A DNA stretch of 64,000 nucleotides from an uncultured Acidimicrobiia bacterium (GTDB taxonomy: Bacteria > Actinomycetota > Acidimicrobiia > Acidimicrobiales > AC-14), in contig CAWIIV010000014.1 in assembly GCA_963836205.1 (NCBI GenBank), positions 64,001 through 128,000 on the forward strand, given 5' to 3'. The notes under the pieces were generated by a model that worked only from the letters and a program-made list of their open reading frames with translations, was not told where the DNA came from and ran no database searches. Position 1 is the stretch's first letter. Each line of letters starts with the position of its first letter. Shown in pieces: positions 38,524 to 48,565 of the stretch. Position numbers and translations under genes: made by a program.

Positions 38524-40792
38524 ATGACGGCCGCCGAGCTTCTCGCCGCGTCCGTCGGCGACCTCGTGGCCGCGGCATCGGTCCGGCGGGACGCGGCCAC
38601 CGGCACCCGCATCACGTTCTCGCCCAAGGTGTTCATCCCCCTCACCCACCTGTGTCGCGACCGGTGCGGCTACTGCACGTTCGCCCAGCCGCCGGCCCGG
38701 GTGGCGGCGCCGTTCATGACGGCCGACGAGGTGCTGGCCGTGGCCCGGGCGGGAGCCGTCGCCGGCTGCCACGAGGCCCTCTTCACCCTGGGCGAGGCGC
38801 CCGAGGACCGGTACCCGGTAGCCCGGCAGTGGCTCGCCGCCGCCGGCTACGGGTCGACGGTCGACTACCTGGCCGCCATGTGCGGACTGGTCCTGTCCGA
38901 GACGGGGCTGCTCCCCCACGCCAACGCGGGCGCGTTGTCGGCCGCCAACCTGGCCCGGCTGCGGACGGTGTCGGCGTCGCAGGGGATGATGATCGAGACG
39001 CTCAATGCCGGCCTCGACTGCCACCGGGGGGCACCCGACAAGAGCCCCGCCCGCCGGCTGGCCACGCTGGAGGCGGCGGGCGAGCTGGGCATTCCGTTCA
39101 CCACCGGTGTTTTGGTGGGCATCGGTGAGTCCCGAGCCGACCGGCTGGAGGCGCTGGAGGCCATCGCCGCGAACCACCGCCGCCACGGCCACGTGCAGGA
39201 GGTGATCGTCCAGAACTTCCTGCCCAAGGCGGGGACGGCCATGTGGTCGGCCGCCCCCTGCCCGCCGGAGGAGCTGGTGTGGACGGTGGCCGCCGCCCGC
39301 CTCCTGCTCCCGGCCGAGATCCATCTGCAGGCCCCGCCCAACCTGTCCGACGACCTCGCTCCCCTGCTGGCCGCCGGCATCGACGACTGGGGCGGCGTGT
39401 CGCCGGTGACGCCCGACCACGTCAATCCGGAGCGGCCGTGGCCCGCCCTCGACGTCCTCCGGGCGGCCACCGAGGCCGCCGGCTACGAGCTCGCCCCCCG
39501 CCTCACCATCTATCCCGAGTTCGCCCTGGCCGCCGAGCGGTGGCTCGACCCCGCGGTGCGCCCGGCGGTGCTGGCCGCGTCCGACGCCCACGGCCTGGGC
39601 CGCGACCTCGACCGGTGGTATGCGGGCTGCGAGTCGGTGCCGCCCCGGTTGCTGCCGGCGTTCCCGTCGGCCGGTGGACGGGTGGCCGAGGTGCTGGCCG
39701 GCGTGGTGGCCGGCCAGGAGGTGGGCGAGGACGAGATCGTCATCCTCTTCGGCGCCCGGGGCCGGGAGGTGGTGGCGGTGGCGGAGGTGGCCGACGACCT
39801 CCGCCGCCAGATTGTGGGCGACGAGGTCACCTGGGTGGCCAACCGCAACATCAACTACACCAACGTGTGCACGTTCAAGTGCCGGTTCTGCGCCTTCTCC
39901 AAGGGACCGCTGTCGCTCAACCTGCGGGGCGACCCCTACCTGCTGGGGGTCGAGGAGATCCAACGCCGGGTGGTGGAGGCGGTCGACCTCGGTGCTACCG
40001 AGGTATGCCTGCAAGGAGGCATCCACCCGAGCTTCGACGGCGACTACTACATCGACGTCTGCCGGGCGGTGAAGGAGGCTGCCCCCGGCATCCACGTCCA
40101 CGGCTTCACCGCCCTGGAGGTCACCGAGGGCGCCCGCCGTCTGGGCGAGCCGTTGGTCGACTACCTGCGGCGGCTGAAGGACGCCGGCCTGGCCACCCTC
40201 CCCGGCACCGCGGCCGAGATCCTCGACGACGAGGTCCGCCGGGTGCTGTGTCCCGACAAGATCACCACCGACGAGTGGCTGGAGGCCCACCGGGCGGCCC
40301 ACTCCATCGGCCTGCGCTCGAACATCACCATCATGTTCGGGGCCATCGAGCAGCCGGTCTCGTGGGCCCGCCACCTGCTGCGCACCCGCGACCTGCAGAA
40401 GGAGACGGGCGGGTTCACCGAGTTCGTCCCCCTGCCCTTCGTCCACATGGCCACACCGATGTTCCTCCAAGGCAAGTCGAGGCGGGGCCCGACGTTCCGG
40501 GAGGCGCTCCTCATGCACGCGGTGGCCCGCATCGCGTATCGGCGAACTGGTCCCCAACGTGCAGGTGTCGTGGGTGAAAATGGGCGCGGTCGGGTCGAGG
40601 CAGGCCTTGCTCGCCGGCGCCAACGACCTCGGTGGCACCCTCATGGACGAGAACATCTCGAGGGCCGCCGGTGCCAGCCACGGCCAACGCATGGCCGAGG
40701 ACGACTTCCAGGCGATCGTCGAGCCGTTAGGCCGGCCCTTGCGCCAACGGACGACCTTGTACGGCCGGGTCGAGCGGGCCGGGGCCGCATAA
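38524..40792 (+). CDS. fbiC: Bifunctional FO synthase (CofG-CofH), F420 biosynthesis; apparent frameshift near 40540
   Basis: Two radical SAM motifs (CRDRCGYC, CTFKCRFC), DDWGGVSP, NRNINYTN. The C-terminal QVSWVK...GANDLGGTLM is in the shifted ORF 40559-40792. Confidence 0.93.
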
Positions 40793-40950
40793 CTGCCGCT
40801 CAGCCTGAGGTACCGAGCACACGTTCCGTTTCCCAACGAAGCGATCTCGGTGGGCGACCACGGACGCTGCGGCGCAGGAGTGCGCCGATTCGGCCCACCT
40901 CCCCTGGAAGCGTCACTCGTCTGGGCTGCCGTCGTGGTCGTCCTGGGTTG

Positions 40951-41157
40951 CTACGACAGCCGCTGCGCGAAGTACGGCGGCCTCGGCCGCGGACCATCGT
41001 CGTCGCCGGGCCCCGGCGGCGCAGGAGGCTCTGGCGGGCCCCGGCGCTCGAAGCGCCCAGCCGCGATGGTCAGGACCTGGTCGCCGGCCAGCACCGCCTC
41101 GCGCAGGATCTCGTAGTCGCACTGGGCCGCTTCCGCCGCCGGCCAGAACGACCTCAC
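40951..41157 (-). pseudogene. Truncated small ORF of a mobile-element cassette
   Basis: GTGA-coupled to the HTH gene; RSFWPAAEAAQCDYEILREAVL switches abruptly to a Pro-rich tail. Confidence 0.4.
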
Positions 41158-41585
41158 CGCCGCCGGGCCCGCTCGACGGTGCGCCGGTGCATCGAAACCC
41201 CGAACTGCGACGCCACCTCCTCGGCCAGCTCCGCCCCCGAGCGTGCGGGGTCGGCACCGGTGATGAACTCCAGCACCTCGGGACGCAGCTTCAGCGGCCC
41301 TCGCCGGCCCCGGCGCTCGTCCAACAGCCCGGTCATGCCGGCGTCGGCGAAGGCGGCCGCGACAAGGTAGAACGACGCCCGGGAGTAACCGTGGGTGGCG
41401 GCCGCCGAGGTCACGGTCAGCCCGTCGACGACGTGGGCCCGCAGCATCTCGTACTTCACCTGGACCTTGTCCTCGGCCAGGAAGAACAGGATTCGGCCGT
41501 CGAAGAGGGCGGCGGTCACAGCCTCGGGGGTGGGATGGACGAGCCCCTTCGCCTCCAGCGCCGCCCTCCGTGCCGCTGCGGTCAT
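41154..41585 (-). mobile_element. HTH protein of a transposon/recombinase-associated cassette (remnant)
   Basis: QVKYEMLRAH...HGYSRASFY...GLLDERRGRRGPLKL...MHRRTVERA, a transposase-type HTH. No intact recombinase or transposase follows. Confidence 0.6.
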
Positions 41586-42167
41586 CGTCGCCCACCTCCC
41601 GCGGCGAGCGTAGCGAGCATCGCACTACATGTCTAGTATTTACAGCCGCAACGGGCTGTCCATCCGTCGTCTGAAGCACACGAGAGCCGGGCATCACCGG
41701 TCTTGCCTGCGATGCATGGTCCCAAGAAGCCGAACGGCGACCATCATAGCTAAAACAGGGCGGTCTTCAATGCTCGACACTTCTGCACTCACGGGCGGTC
41801 GACACAGCCCGCGTCGGTGCCACTCAGGACGGCTGTAGATGCCGGCTGCGGTGGCGCTCAGCGCAGCGACGTGCTGAAGACGAGCTTTGCGTTCCGCCCG
41901 TGGTCACCGAGGGGGAATCGTTCCGCATGCAGGTAGCCCGTTCGAAGGGAGGACGCCCGAAGCCCCCGATGACCTGAATCACGCCCGGAGGGGTGGGGAC
42001 TTCTGCTGGCCACCAGGCGGACGACGACTTGGCCATTGACAGATGTCTCTACGTATTTCGGTCGCTACTCGGGGCTCTCTGTATCCACAGGCGGGTCGTT
42101 CTGACCCCAAGGCGGATTGGGGAGCTCAGTGGCGAGATCTTTGGTGCTGGATGGGATTCAGGGCCGG

Positions 42168-42767
42168 GTGACAACCCGGCCGGCGTCGTTGTTGCGTTGG
42201 GCTCGCACGACGATGCGAGACACGGCGGACTTTTACGTCGACCGCCAGGCTCGACGAATGCTGGTGGTCACCTCCGTCCTGCTGACCTACGGCGGCGGGG
42301 TCGTGATGTTCTGGCTCCACGCCATCTACCGCGGCGAGCAGGGGCCCGCCATCAACGACGTGTCGCACTGGTTCCTGGACTCGACCCTCGGGTTCGTCGC
42401 CCTGACCCCCGTCATCTTCTTCCTGATCGCTTCGGCAGGCCGGCTGACCCGGGCGACCGACCGGCCCGGGTACCGGCGCCTGGCCTTCTACGCGGTGCTC
42501 CTGGGGACGTCGTTCGCCCTCGTCACCGCCCCTGGGCCGGCGCTGCACAACTTCATCGCCGGCGAGGGCAAGCCGCTCGCGAACTGGGCCACCGACCTGT
42601 TCGGCCACGACGCCGCCGTGGCCGCCCGGGCGCTCACCGCAGAGCCGCGCTCCCATGTGATCGAGGGGGTCCTCCAAGTGGCCGTGGGCTTCCCGGTGTA
42701 CATCGCCATCTCCTGGCTGGCCGCTCACCTGGCCGCCGCCACCCGGATTCTCAACCACAACGGATAG
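42168..42767 (+). CDS. Hypothetical 4-TM membrane protein with several His residues (start uncertain)
   Basis: TMs with FWLH, SHWFLD, PALHN, SHV; ends 23-32 bp before the haloperoxidase. Confidence 0.7.
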   Translation: MTTRPASLLRWARTTMRDTADFYVDRQARRMLVVTSVLLTYGGGVVMFWLHAIYRGEQGPAINDVSHWFLDSTLGFVALTPVIFFLIASAGRLTRATDRPGYRRLAFYAVLLGTSFALVTAPGPALHNFIAGEGKPLANWATDLFGHDAAVAARALTAEPRSHVIEGVLQVAVGFPVYIAISWLAAHLAAATRILNHNG

Positions 42768-42799
42768 CCCACAAGGGTTAGAAGGAGAAAGTGAACACA

Positions 42800-44245
42800 A
42801 TGGACCCGATCCTGTACTGGAACGATGTGGCCCTTGAGGCCAACAAGGTGAGTCACACCAACGGCAAGCGGGAGCAGACCGGCCCCGTCCTGAGCGCACG
42901 CGCCCTGGCCATCGTGCATCTGGCCATGCACGATGCCTTCGCGGGTGTGTCGGCGGACCCAACTCTCCCTCCTTACCTCACCCCCCTGCCCGCGCTGCTC
43001 CCCGGCGCCTCGCTCGACGCCGCTGTCGCCGCGGCTGCCCATGGCACCCTGTCGAGCCTTTTCCCCAGCCAGAAGCCGTTCTTCGACGCCAAGCACGCCG
43101 CTGCCGGCCTCGCCGGTCCCGGGCTCAACGAGGGCAACGCTTTCGGCGTGCTGGTGGCCGCCGCCATCCTGAAGGACCGGAAGGACGACCCTGGCGTCAG
43201 CGACGACGGGTACGCCGTCTCCATGGGCCACACCTCGCACCGCCCCGACCCCGACGGCCCCGACCAGGGCATCCACGGCCCGTTCTACGGCGCCCGCAGC
43301 AAGGGCTTCGCCATCACCGCCCGCCACGAGCTGGCGCCCCCGCCCGACCCGGCGACCAACGAGTTCCGGACAGCTCTCCGCCAGGTGCGCTCCCGGGGTG
43401 CGGCACCCGAGCTACTGGGGGCGTCGGGCCCGGACAACGCCCGCCGCACCGGTGACGAGACCGTGATCGGGCTCTACTGGGCATACGACGGGGCGGTTGG
43501 GATCGGCACTCCGCCGCGGCTCTTCAACCAGATCATCCGAGAGCTTGCCCTCAAGCGGGCAGTGCCCAACACGCCAGCGCAGAACGCCCGGCTGTTCGCC
43601 CTCGTCAACGTGGCCATGGCCGATGCCGGCATCCTGGCATGGGACCAGAAGTACATCCACGACCTGTGCCGGCCGGTGGTCGCCATCCGCGAGCTGGACG
43701 CCTCGATGGGGCCCGCAGGTGTGGGCGGGAACAACCTCAACAACGACACCGACGTCAGCTGGCTGCCCTTCGGCGCGCCGAACACCAACGTGACGGGTGG
43801 CAAGAACAACACGCCGCCGTTCCCCGCCTACCCATCCGGACACGCCACCTTCGGCGCCGCCGCCCTCCACATGACCCGGCTGTTCTACGACCCGAAGTTG
43901 GTGGGTGACCGCAGCCCCGACAAGCTCTTCAAGGGCCTCACCTTTGTGTCCGAAGAGCTGAACGGGATCAACAAGGACAACAAGGGGACGGTGCGACCCC
44001 GCCACGTCCGCAACTTCCCGGGTGGTCTGTGGCAGATGATCGAGGAGAACGGCCGCAGCCGCGTGTACCTGGGCGTGCACTGGGTGTTCGACGCCTTCGT
44101 GGTGGACAGCGCCGACGACCCCGACGTGGGCCGGATCGACCCCGTCACCGGCCTGCCCTTCGGCGGCGTCCCCCTCGGCCTGACGATCGCCGAGGACATC
44201 TTCGCCACCCAGATGAAGAAGTCCACGGTCGGGCCCCGAGTGTGA
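42800..44245 (+). CDS. Vanadium-dependent haloperoxidase, fungal chloroperoxidase-like
   Basis: Vanadate motifs KYIHDLCRP, PPFPAYPSGHA, RSRVYLGVHW; ILYWN...GPVLSARALAIVHLAMHDA N-terminus and GGVPLG C-terminus. Confidence 0.9.
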   Translation: MDPILYWNDVALEANKVSHTNGKREQTGPVLSARALAIVHLAMHDAFAGVSADPTLPPYLTPLPALLPGASLDAAVAAAAHGTLSSLFPSQKPFFDAKHAAAGLAGPGLNEGNAFGVLVAAAILKDRKDDPGVSDDGYAVSMGHTSHRPDPDGPDQGIHGPFYGARSKGFAITARHELAPPPDPATNEFRTALRQVRSRGAAPELLGASGPDNARRTGDETVIGLYWAYDGAVGIGTPPRLFNQIIRELALKRAVPNTPAQNARLFALVNVAMADAGILAWDQKYIHDLCRPVVAIRELDASMGPAGVGGNNLNNDTDVSWLPFGAPNTNVTGGKNNTPPFPAYPSGHATFGAAALHMTRLFYDPKLVGDRSPDKLFKGLTFVSEELNGINKDNKGTVRPRHVRNFPGGLWQMIEENGRSRVYLGVHWVFDAFVVDSADDPDVGRIDPVTGLPFGGVPLGLTIAEDIFATQMKKSTVGPRV

Positions 44246-44545
44246 GGGTCGGCAGTTGGTGTGAGGTCGGTTTCGGGCCGACATAGGGGCCCGACTCGCC
44301 GAGCAACCGGGCGCCGAGGATCATCCCCAGTGCTGGAGCGGGATCGGATGATCTCGGCGGCCCGGAGCCGCTCGAAAAGGGCAGGAGGGTGGGACTCTGG
44401 TTGAGTTTCGGCGTGGTCTCGCGCCAGCCAGGGCAGAATTGACGGTTCGACGCCTGCCATGGACGCTCATTGATCGATCTCCCCGTTGCTCAGCGAACAG
44501 CGCCTCGACGGCAGCTGTGGTTGTATGTGAGAGGCGGCGAAAGAA

Positions 44546-45133
44546 GTGATGCCCATGTCCCTGACACCCACCGGCAGGAAAGCGTGGTTGTGGCCAGTAC
44601 TGGCCGTCGCCGTCGGCTTGGTCGTTCTGGTCCTTTTCTGGTTCCAGCCTCAGAAGCTGTTCATCGATGAGAGCGTCGACGACCAGATCCCCACGGTCGT
44701 CGCCGACACGGCGGTGCCGCCAGGCGACGACCCCGGAGGTTCCGATCCGGCTGTGCCAGGCGCGGCGGGCACGCCGACGGCGCCCGCGGAGCCGGTCGAG
44801 TTGGCCCGGGGCGACTTCATCTCGATCGACCATGGCACGTCCGGCGTCGTCCGCGTCCTCGAGCTGGCCGACGGGACGCGCATCGTCCGCCTCGAGGACC
44901 TCGACACCGACAATGGCCCCGACCTCTTCCTCTACCTCTCCCCCAACCCAAGCTCTGGCCCGGAGGGCGCCTTCGACGACGGCTTCGTGAACCTGGGCCG
45001 GCTTCAGGGAAACAAGGGCAACCAGAACTACGACCTCGCGGCCGACATCGACCTGTCGGCGTTCGAATCGGTGGTGGTCTGGTGCGAACGGTTTAGCTCC
45101 GCCTTCGGGGCGGCCGATCTCAAGCTGGCCTGA
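44546..45133 (+). CDS. Membrane-anchored DM13-domain protein
   Basis: N-terminal TM; H-GTSG, NGPDLFLYLS, LQGNKGNQNY, VVVWCERFSSAFG. Confidence 0.88.
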   Translation: MMPMSLTPTGRKAWLWPVLAVAVGLVVLVLFWFQPQKLFIDESVDDQIPTVVADTAVPPGDDPGGSDPAVPGAAGTPTAPAEPVELARGDFISIDHGTSGVVRVLELADGTRIVRLEDLDTDNGPDLFLYLSPNPSSGPEGAFDDGFVNLGRLQGNKGNQNYDLAADIDLSAFESVVVWCERFSSAFGAADLKLA

Positions 45134-45240
45134 CGGAGGCTCACGAAGGGCCGTCGACCGACGAGCGGCCCAAGACGAATCCTCACACAACCGCATCCGA
45201 TGCTGTTCACCTACGGTCGTCAAGCAGCCTGTACGCGACC

Positions 45241-45318
45241 CGTGCCGGCGACCAGCTGGTGGTCAGCAAGTTGGATCGGCCTGGCCGGTCGCGGGAGCGC
45301 CTGATCACCCTCTCGAGA
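45241..45318 (+). pseudogene. Serine resolvase/invertase fragment
   Basis: Translates RAGDQLVVSKLDRPGRSRERLI, compare the consensus GDxLVVxKLDRLGRS. Confidence 0.7.
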
Positions 45319-45323
45319 GACAC

Positions 45324-45391
45324 CGCCACCTCAACGACCTCGCCGCCGGCCACGTCGGCGCCGGCCGATCATCTCGGTCGACACCAAGAAG
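45324..45391 (+). pseudogene. ISAzo13-family transposase fragment
   Basis: RHLNDLAAGHVGAG / PIISVDTKK with one frameshift, resembling the GQPVISVDTKK motif. Confidence 0.6.
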
Positions 45392-45696
45392 TCAGCATGA
45401 TCGGGTCGGTCACGCGGCAGGCATGAAATGCTGGCGCCGCCCCGCCGGGCGCGGTCGTCGTCCCCTTTTTGGTGCCGTCGAGCCCGAACAAGTCTGGCGC
45501 TGGGACCGCCGGGACCCGGGATTGTCGCCTTGAGCACGAACCCGGGGCATCTGCTCAGCACCGGCGTTTTGTCTACCAGGACCTCGGGAGTGATTGGTTC
45601 GAGTGTCGACGCGACCCTGAGCGGGAGACCAAGCGCCTCGTCCGCCAGCTTGAGGCTCTCGGCCACTCCGTCAACCTCGCCACGCCGGTCGGGTAA
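45392..45696 (+). mobile_element. Internally deleted IS110-family element: structured non-coding end plus last ~50 codons of the recombinase
   Basis: HLLSTG / YQDLGSDWFECRRDPERETKRLVRQLEALGHSVNL resembles an IS110 C-terminus. The upstream 155 bp has paired GCC-N2/3-GAGCNCG modules and an ATGAAA element. Confidence 0.65.
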
Positions 45697-45752
45697 CCGC
45701 TCGTACCGCCGACGGGCATTGCCGACGCCCCGGTCGCCGGCGCGCCGGCGAG

Positions 45753-46090
45753 CTACCCCAGCAGATTTCGAGCGGCGACTATCGCCCGCCCGATCAGAGC
45801 GGAAACGATCATGACCTCGCCAAAGAGGAGCATCCAGCGATCGCGATACGAGACGCCAAGGCGGTTACCTCGCCAGCCTGTGAACAAGCAGTAACCGCCC
45901 AGGAACAGCACGCCCAAAGTTGCCAGGACGCCCGCGCTATCGACGCTCGTTACTGTCGCCGCGACAAGGAGCATTCCAAGAAATACGTTGAGGCCAACGA
46001 AGGCATACTCCCACCCAGACGGCCCAACCCCTAGGCGGGTAGTCAGATCTGGCGCGTCGGAAGGACGGGACCGACGGGGCCAAAAGCGTT
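45753..46090 (-). CDS. Small 3-TM membrane protein in a lower-GC patch (start uncertain)
   Basis: Hydrophobic C-terminal part of ORF 45753-46457; atypical codon usage. Confidence 0.4.
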
Positions 46091-46330
46091 GAGGATCAAG
46101 GATCAGCCGACCGCTGTCTTTCCCAACTGTCACGCGCACATGAGGCCTCGGCCCGACGCGGGTCTGCGCCAACGAGCAAGACTGCCGTGCTGCCGCCCGG
46201 GCCTCGGTTGGACCCATCAGACCAGAACGCTCGGGCGACCTGGGTCTCGTCACGATGGGGCCAGGGTCGGGCACGTCGGGGAAACACTTGCCGTCCGTGA
46301 ACCCGGCCTCGGCACCATCCCGACCTTGTC

Positions 46331-46373
46331 CTGGGTCAGAAAAGGGGCGCCAGGCACCCCTTTTCGTGCCCAG
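46331..46373. repeat. Palindromic REP-like element
   Basis: CTGGG..GAAAAGGGGCGCCAGGCACCCCTTTTC..CCCAG. Confidence 0.6.
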
Positions 46374-46398
46374 AAGCGTCGGGTCAGCACTCGGCGGA

Positions 46399-46543
46399 GT
46401 GGTCGCCGTCAGCGTCGTCGCTGCGCCTGCACGCCCTCTACACACCGCGCGCGACACTCCCGTGCTGCGGAACTCCCCAGATGCGTCACGTCACTCGCTC
46501 CCCAACGACTGGTGGTCGCCGTCGGCGTCGTCGCTGCGCCTGC
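46399..46543. repeat. 32-bp direct repeat pair (31/32 identical) separated by 81 bp
   Basis: GTGGTCGCCGTCRGCGTCGTCGCTGCGCCTGC at 46399-46430 and 46512-46543. Confidence 0.9.
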
Positions 46544-46739
46544 GGTCGGGCTCCGACCCTCCCGCCGGCGGATCAACGCCTGCCCGAAGTGACCGCCCCG
46601 GTCGACGCTTCGGTGAACACTGGGACAGGTTCTCGCCGACGTCGCCGCGGGGCACGGGGCTGCGGAACGGGCTCGTCCCCCTGCCACCGGCCTTGCATCC
46701 AACGAGCGCGGCGACCAACTCGCCGTCGCCGCGCATGCA

Positions 46740-46851
46740 GGGGCCCGACGTCGTTGTCGATCATGAAGGGATAGGCCAGCACCGCCGCCAGCTGGGCGGC
46801 GAGCAGGAGCGCGGACGGTTCGCGCTTGGCGAGGGCCAGCACGCCCGGCAA
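46740..46851 (-). pseudogene. 5' fragment of a membrane protein, possibly an ion-channel family
   Basis: MPGVLALAKREPSALLLAAQLAAVLAYPFM...VG, after which coding character is lost. Confidence 0.4.
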
Positions 46852-46956
46852 CGTAGCTTCCGCACCGGTCGTCGTGGCGCGCGACAGCGGCGAGGAACCG
46901 TCCGTCGGCGGGGATGTGGATGGAATGGCTTGCGGATGACCGCCGTGGTCTGCCGC

Positions 46957-47359
46957 TCAGCGCTTCCTGCCGGCGGAGGACGGGCTTGAGGTCGAGGACG
47001 GGTGTGCCGTCGACGGCCTCCAGGTTCCGGACCTGCACCCGGGTGCCGTCGACGGCGAGGATTTCGACCTGATGGAGGCCGATGGGGTTGGGCCGGTCGG
47101 CGGACCGGGTGCTGAACACGCCCGTCAGCGGGTTGGACGGGTCGTCACGGGGCCGAACAACCAGCACCGAACGGTCGGCCCGGTCGAGCCACGTGAGCAC
47201 GATCACCTCCGACCCCACCCGTAGATCGCGTAGGCCCTCCGCCACCGACGGGTGGAAGACGAGCCAGGCGTCGGGCGCTCCCTCGAAACCTTGCTTGGGA
47301 GCGTCGGCCGGGTCGACCAGGGGAGACTCGACCCGACCGATCGGCCGCAGTTCGATCAG
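46957..47359 (-). CDS. trmO: tRNA m6t6A37 methyltransferase TrmO (TsaA); CTG start and 3' frameshift inferred
   Basis: LRPIGRVES, GVFSTRSADRPNPIGL, LEAVDGTPVLDLKP. The ends are inferred; the called frame runs on to 46409. Confidence 0.85.
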
Positions 47360-48456
47360 AGGATGAGGGGCTTCTCGAGGGGGTTGCCGCTGTCGGCGAC
47401 CCAGACGTCGAGGACCGTGAACTGCTCCGGGTTGGTCACGCCGGTCACGAAGGCGTGGTTGGTGATCAGCATCCTGCCCGTACCGTCGAAGGCGATGTTG
47501 GCCGGGGAGTCGTAGGGGAAGACGGGGTTGCCCTGGTTGGCCAGGCGCACCACCTCCGTCCCGTTGGGCGCGAGGATCGACACCCCCGAGGCGAACGGCG
47601 TGGCGATGGCCACGTACAGCCGGCCCGCCTGTCCGAAGGCGATGCCGTCGGGGGCGTCGCCGTTGGTGTACTCGTGGAACACCGTCAGGGCGGCCGCCGC
47701 CGGCTTGGCCACCAGAGGCAGCGTGTAGACGAAGGCCCGGTTGGTGAGGTCGGCGGTGACCGTGAAATAGACCTTGGTGCGACCGGGGTCGAGGCGGATG
47801 CCGTTGGTTCCGAAGGACGCGGAGGCCAGGCGGACGTCCTGGAACCAGATCTGGGGCACGCCACCGCCGGGCGGGACCCGCCAGATGGTCGCCTGGAGAG
47901 AGTCGGTCACGTAGAGGTTGCCGGCGGCGTCGAAGGCGAGGTCGTTGGGCAGGGCGGGGGCGTCGAACGGCGTCGGCGAGCACGGCGTGCCGGCCGGCAC
48001 CGTGGAGCACGGCTTCAGGTCGGGGAACGGCGTGGAGTACTGCTGCTGCTGGCCGGCGACCGAGAGCCGGTAGACGCCCAACTGGGTGTTGAGGACGTAG
48101 GCCCGCGCCGACCGGTCGAGGGCGAGGGACGAGTTGGCGTGCTCCTGGGCCAGGTTCTCGCCCTTGGTGTCGAAGGTCCTCAGCAAGGTGCCGGTGAGGG
48201 CGCTGTAGAGCAGCACCTTCGAGGGCCCCTGCCCGGCGGTGCCGAAGGTGGCCGGCCCCGAGACCCACACCAGGTTGTTGGAGACGGCGATGCCCTCCGG
48301 GAACCCGGGCGGGGTCGGCACCTGGGCCAGCACCTTGGCGTCACCGAACGGCCGGGGGGCGGCGTCGACCGGGCCGACTGCGGCGACGGATGCCGCCAGC
48401 ACCAGGGCCAGCAGCCCGCCCAGCCTCGTCACCATCGGTCTCCGGAACCTCGCCAT
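47356..48456 (-). CDS. Secreted SMP-30/gluconolactonase-like beta-propeller protein
   Basis: Signal peptide (AxA); PEGIAV, PNDLAFD..GNLYVTDS, TNGIRLD, PDGIAF, PANIAFD blades. Confidence 0.85.
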   Translation of the reverse strand: MARFRRPMVTRLGGLLALVLAASVAAVGPVDAAPRPFGDAKVLAQVPTPPGFPEGIAVSNNLVWVSGPATFGTAGQGPSKVLLYSALTGTLLRTFDTKGENLAQEHANSSLALDRSARAYVLNTQLGVYRLSVAGQQQQYSTPFPDLKPCSTVPAGTPCSPTPFDAPALPNDLAFDAAGNLYVTDSLQATIWRVPPGGGVPQIWFQDVRLASASFGTNGIRLDPGRTKVYFTVTADLTNRAFVYTLPLVAKPAAAALTVFHEYTNGDAPDGIAFGQAGRLYVAIATPFASGVSILAPNGTEVVRLANQGNPVFPYDSPANIAFDGTGRMLITNHAFVTGVTNPEQFTVLDVWVADSGNPLEKPLIL

Positions 48457-48565
48457 CTCGCTCCTCCCGCTCGACCCGATCCGCCGAATCGCACGGACCG
48501 GTGCCATCGTCCCATAAGGGCGGCACCCGACGGAAGGGCGGGGCTGGGCGTCGCGGCGCCCCCGG

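Noticed and set aside
38065-41370. 1101-aa extended FbiC fusion
   Set aside because: The N-terminal extension precedes the likely start (38524), and the C-terminal extension results from the frameshift near 40540.
42036-42071. Sigma70 promoter from a perfect TTGACA
   Set aside because: No -10 hexamer at 16-18 nt spacing.
44430-44462. tRNA fragment or att site (GGTTCGACGCC)
   Set aside because: The T-arm stem does not pair properly and there is no cloverleaf context.
46399-46543. Mini-CRISPR (32-bp repeats)
   Set aside because: Only two repeats, the 81-bp spacer is too long, and there is no leader or cas gene.
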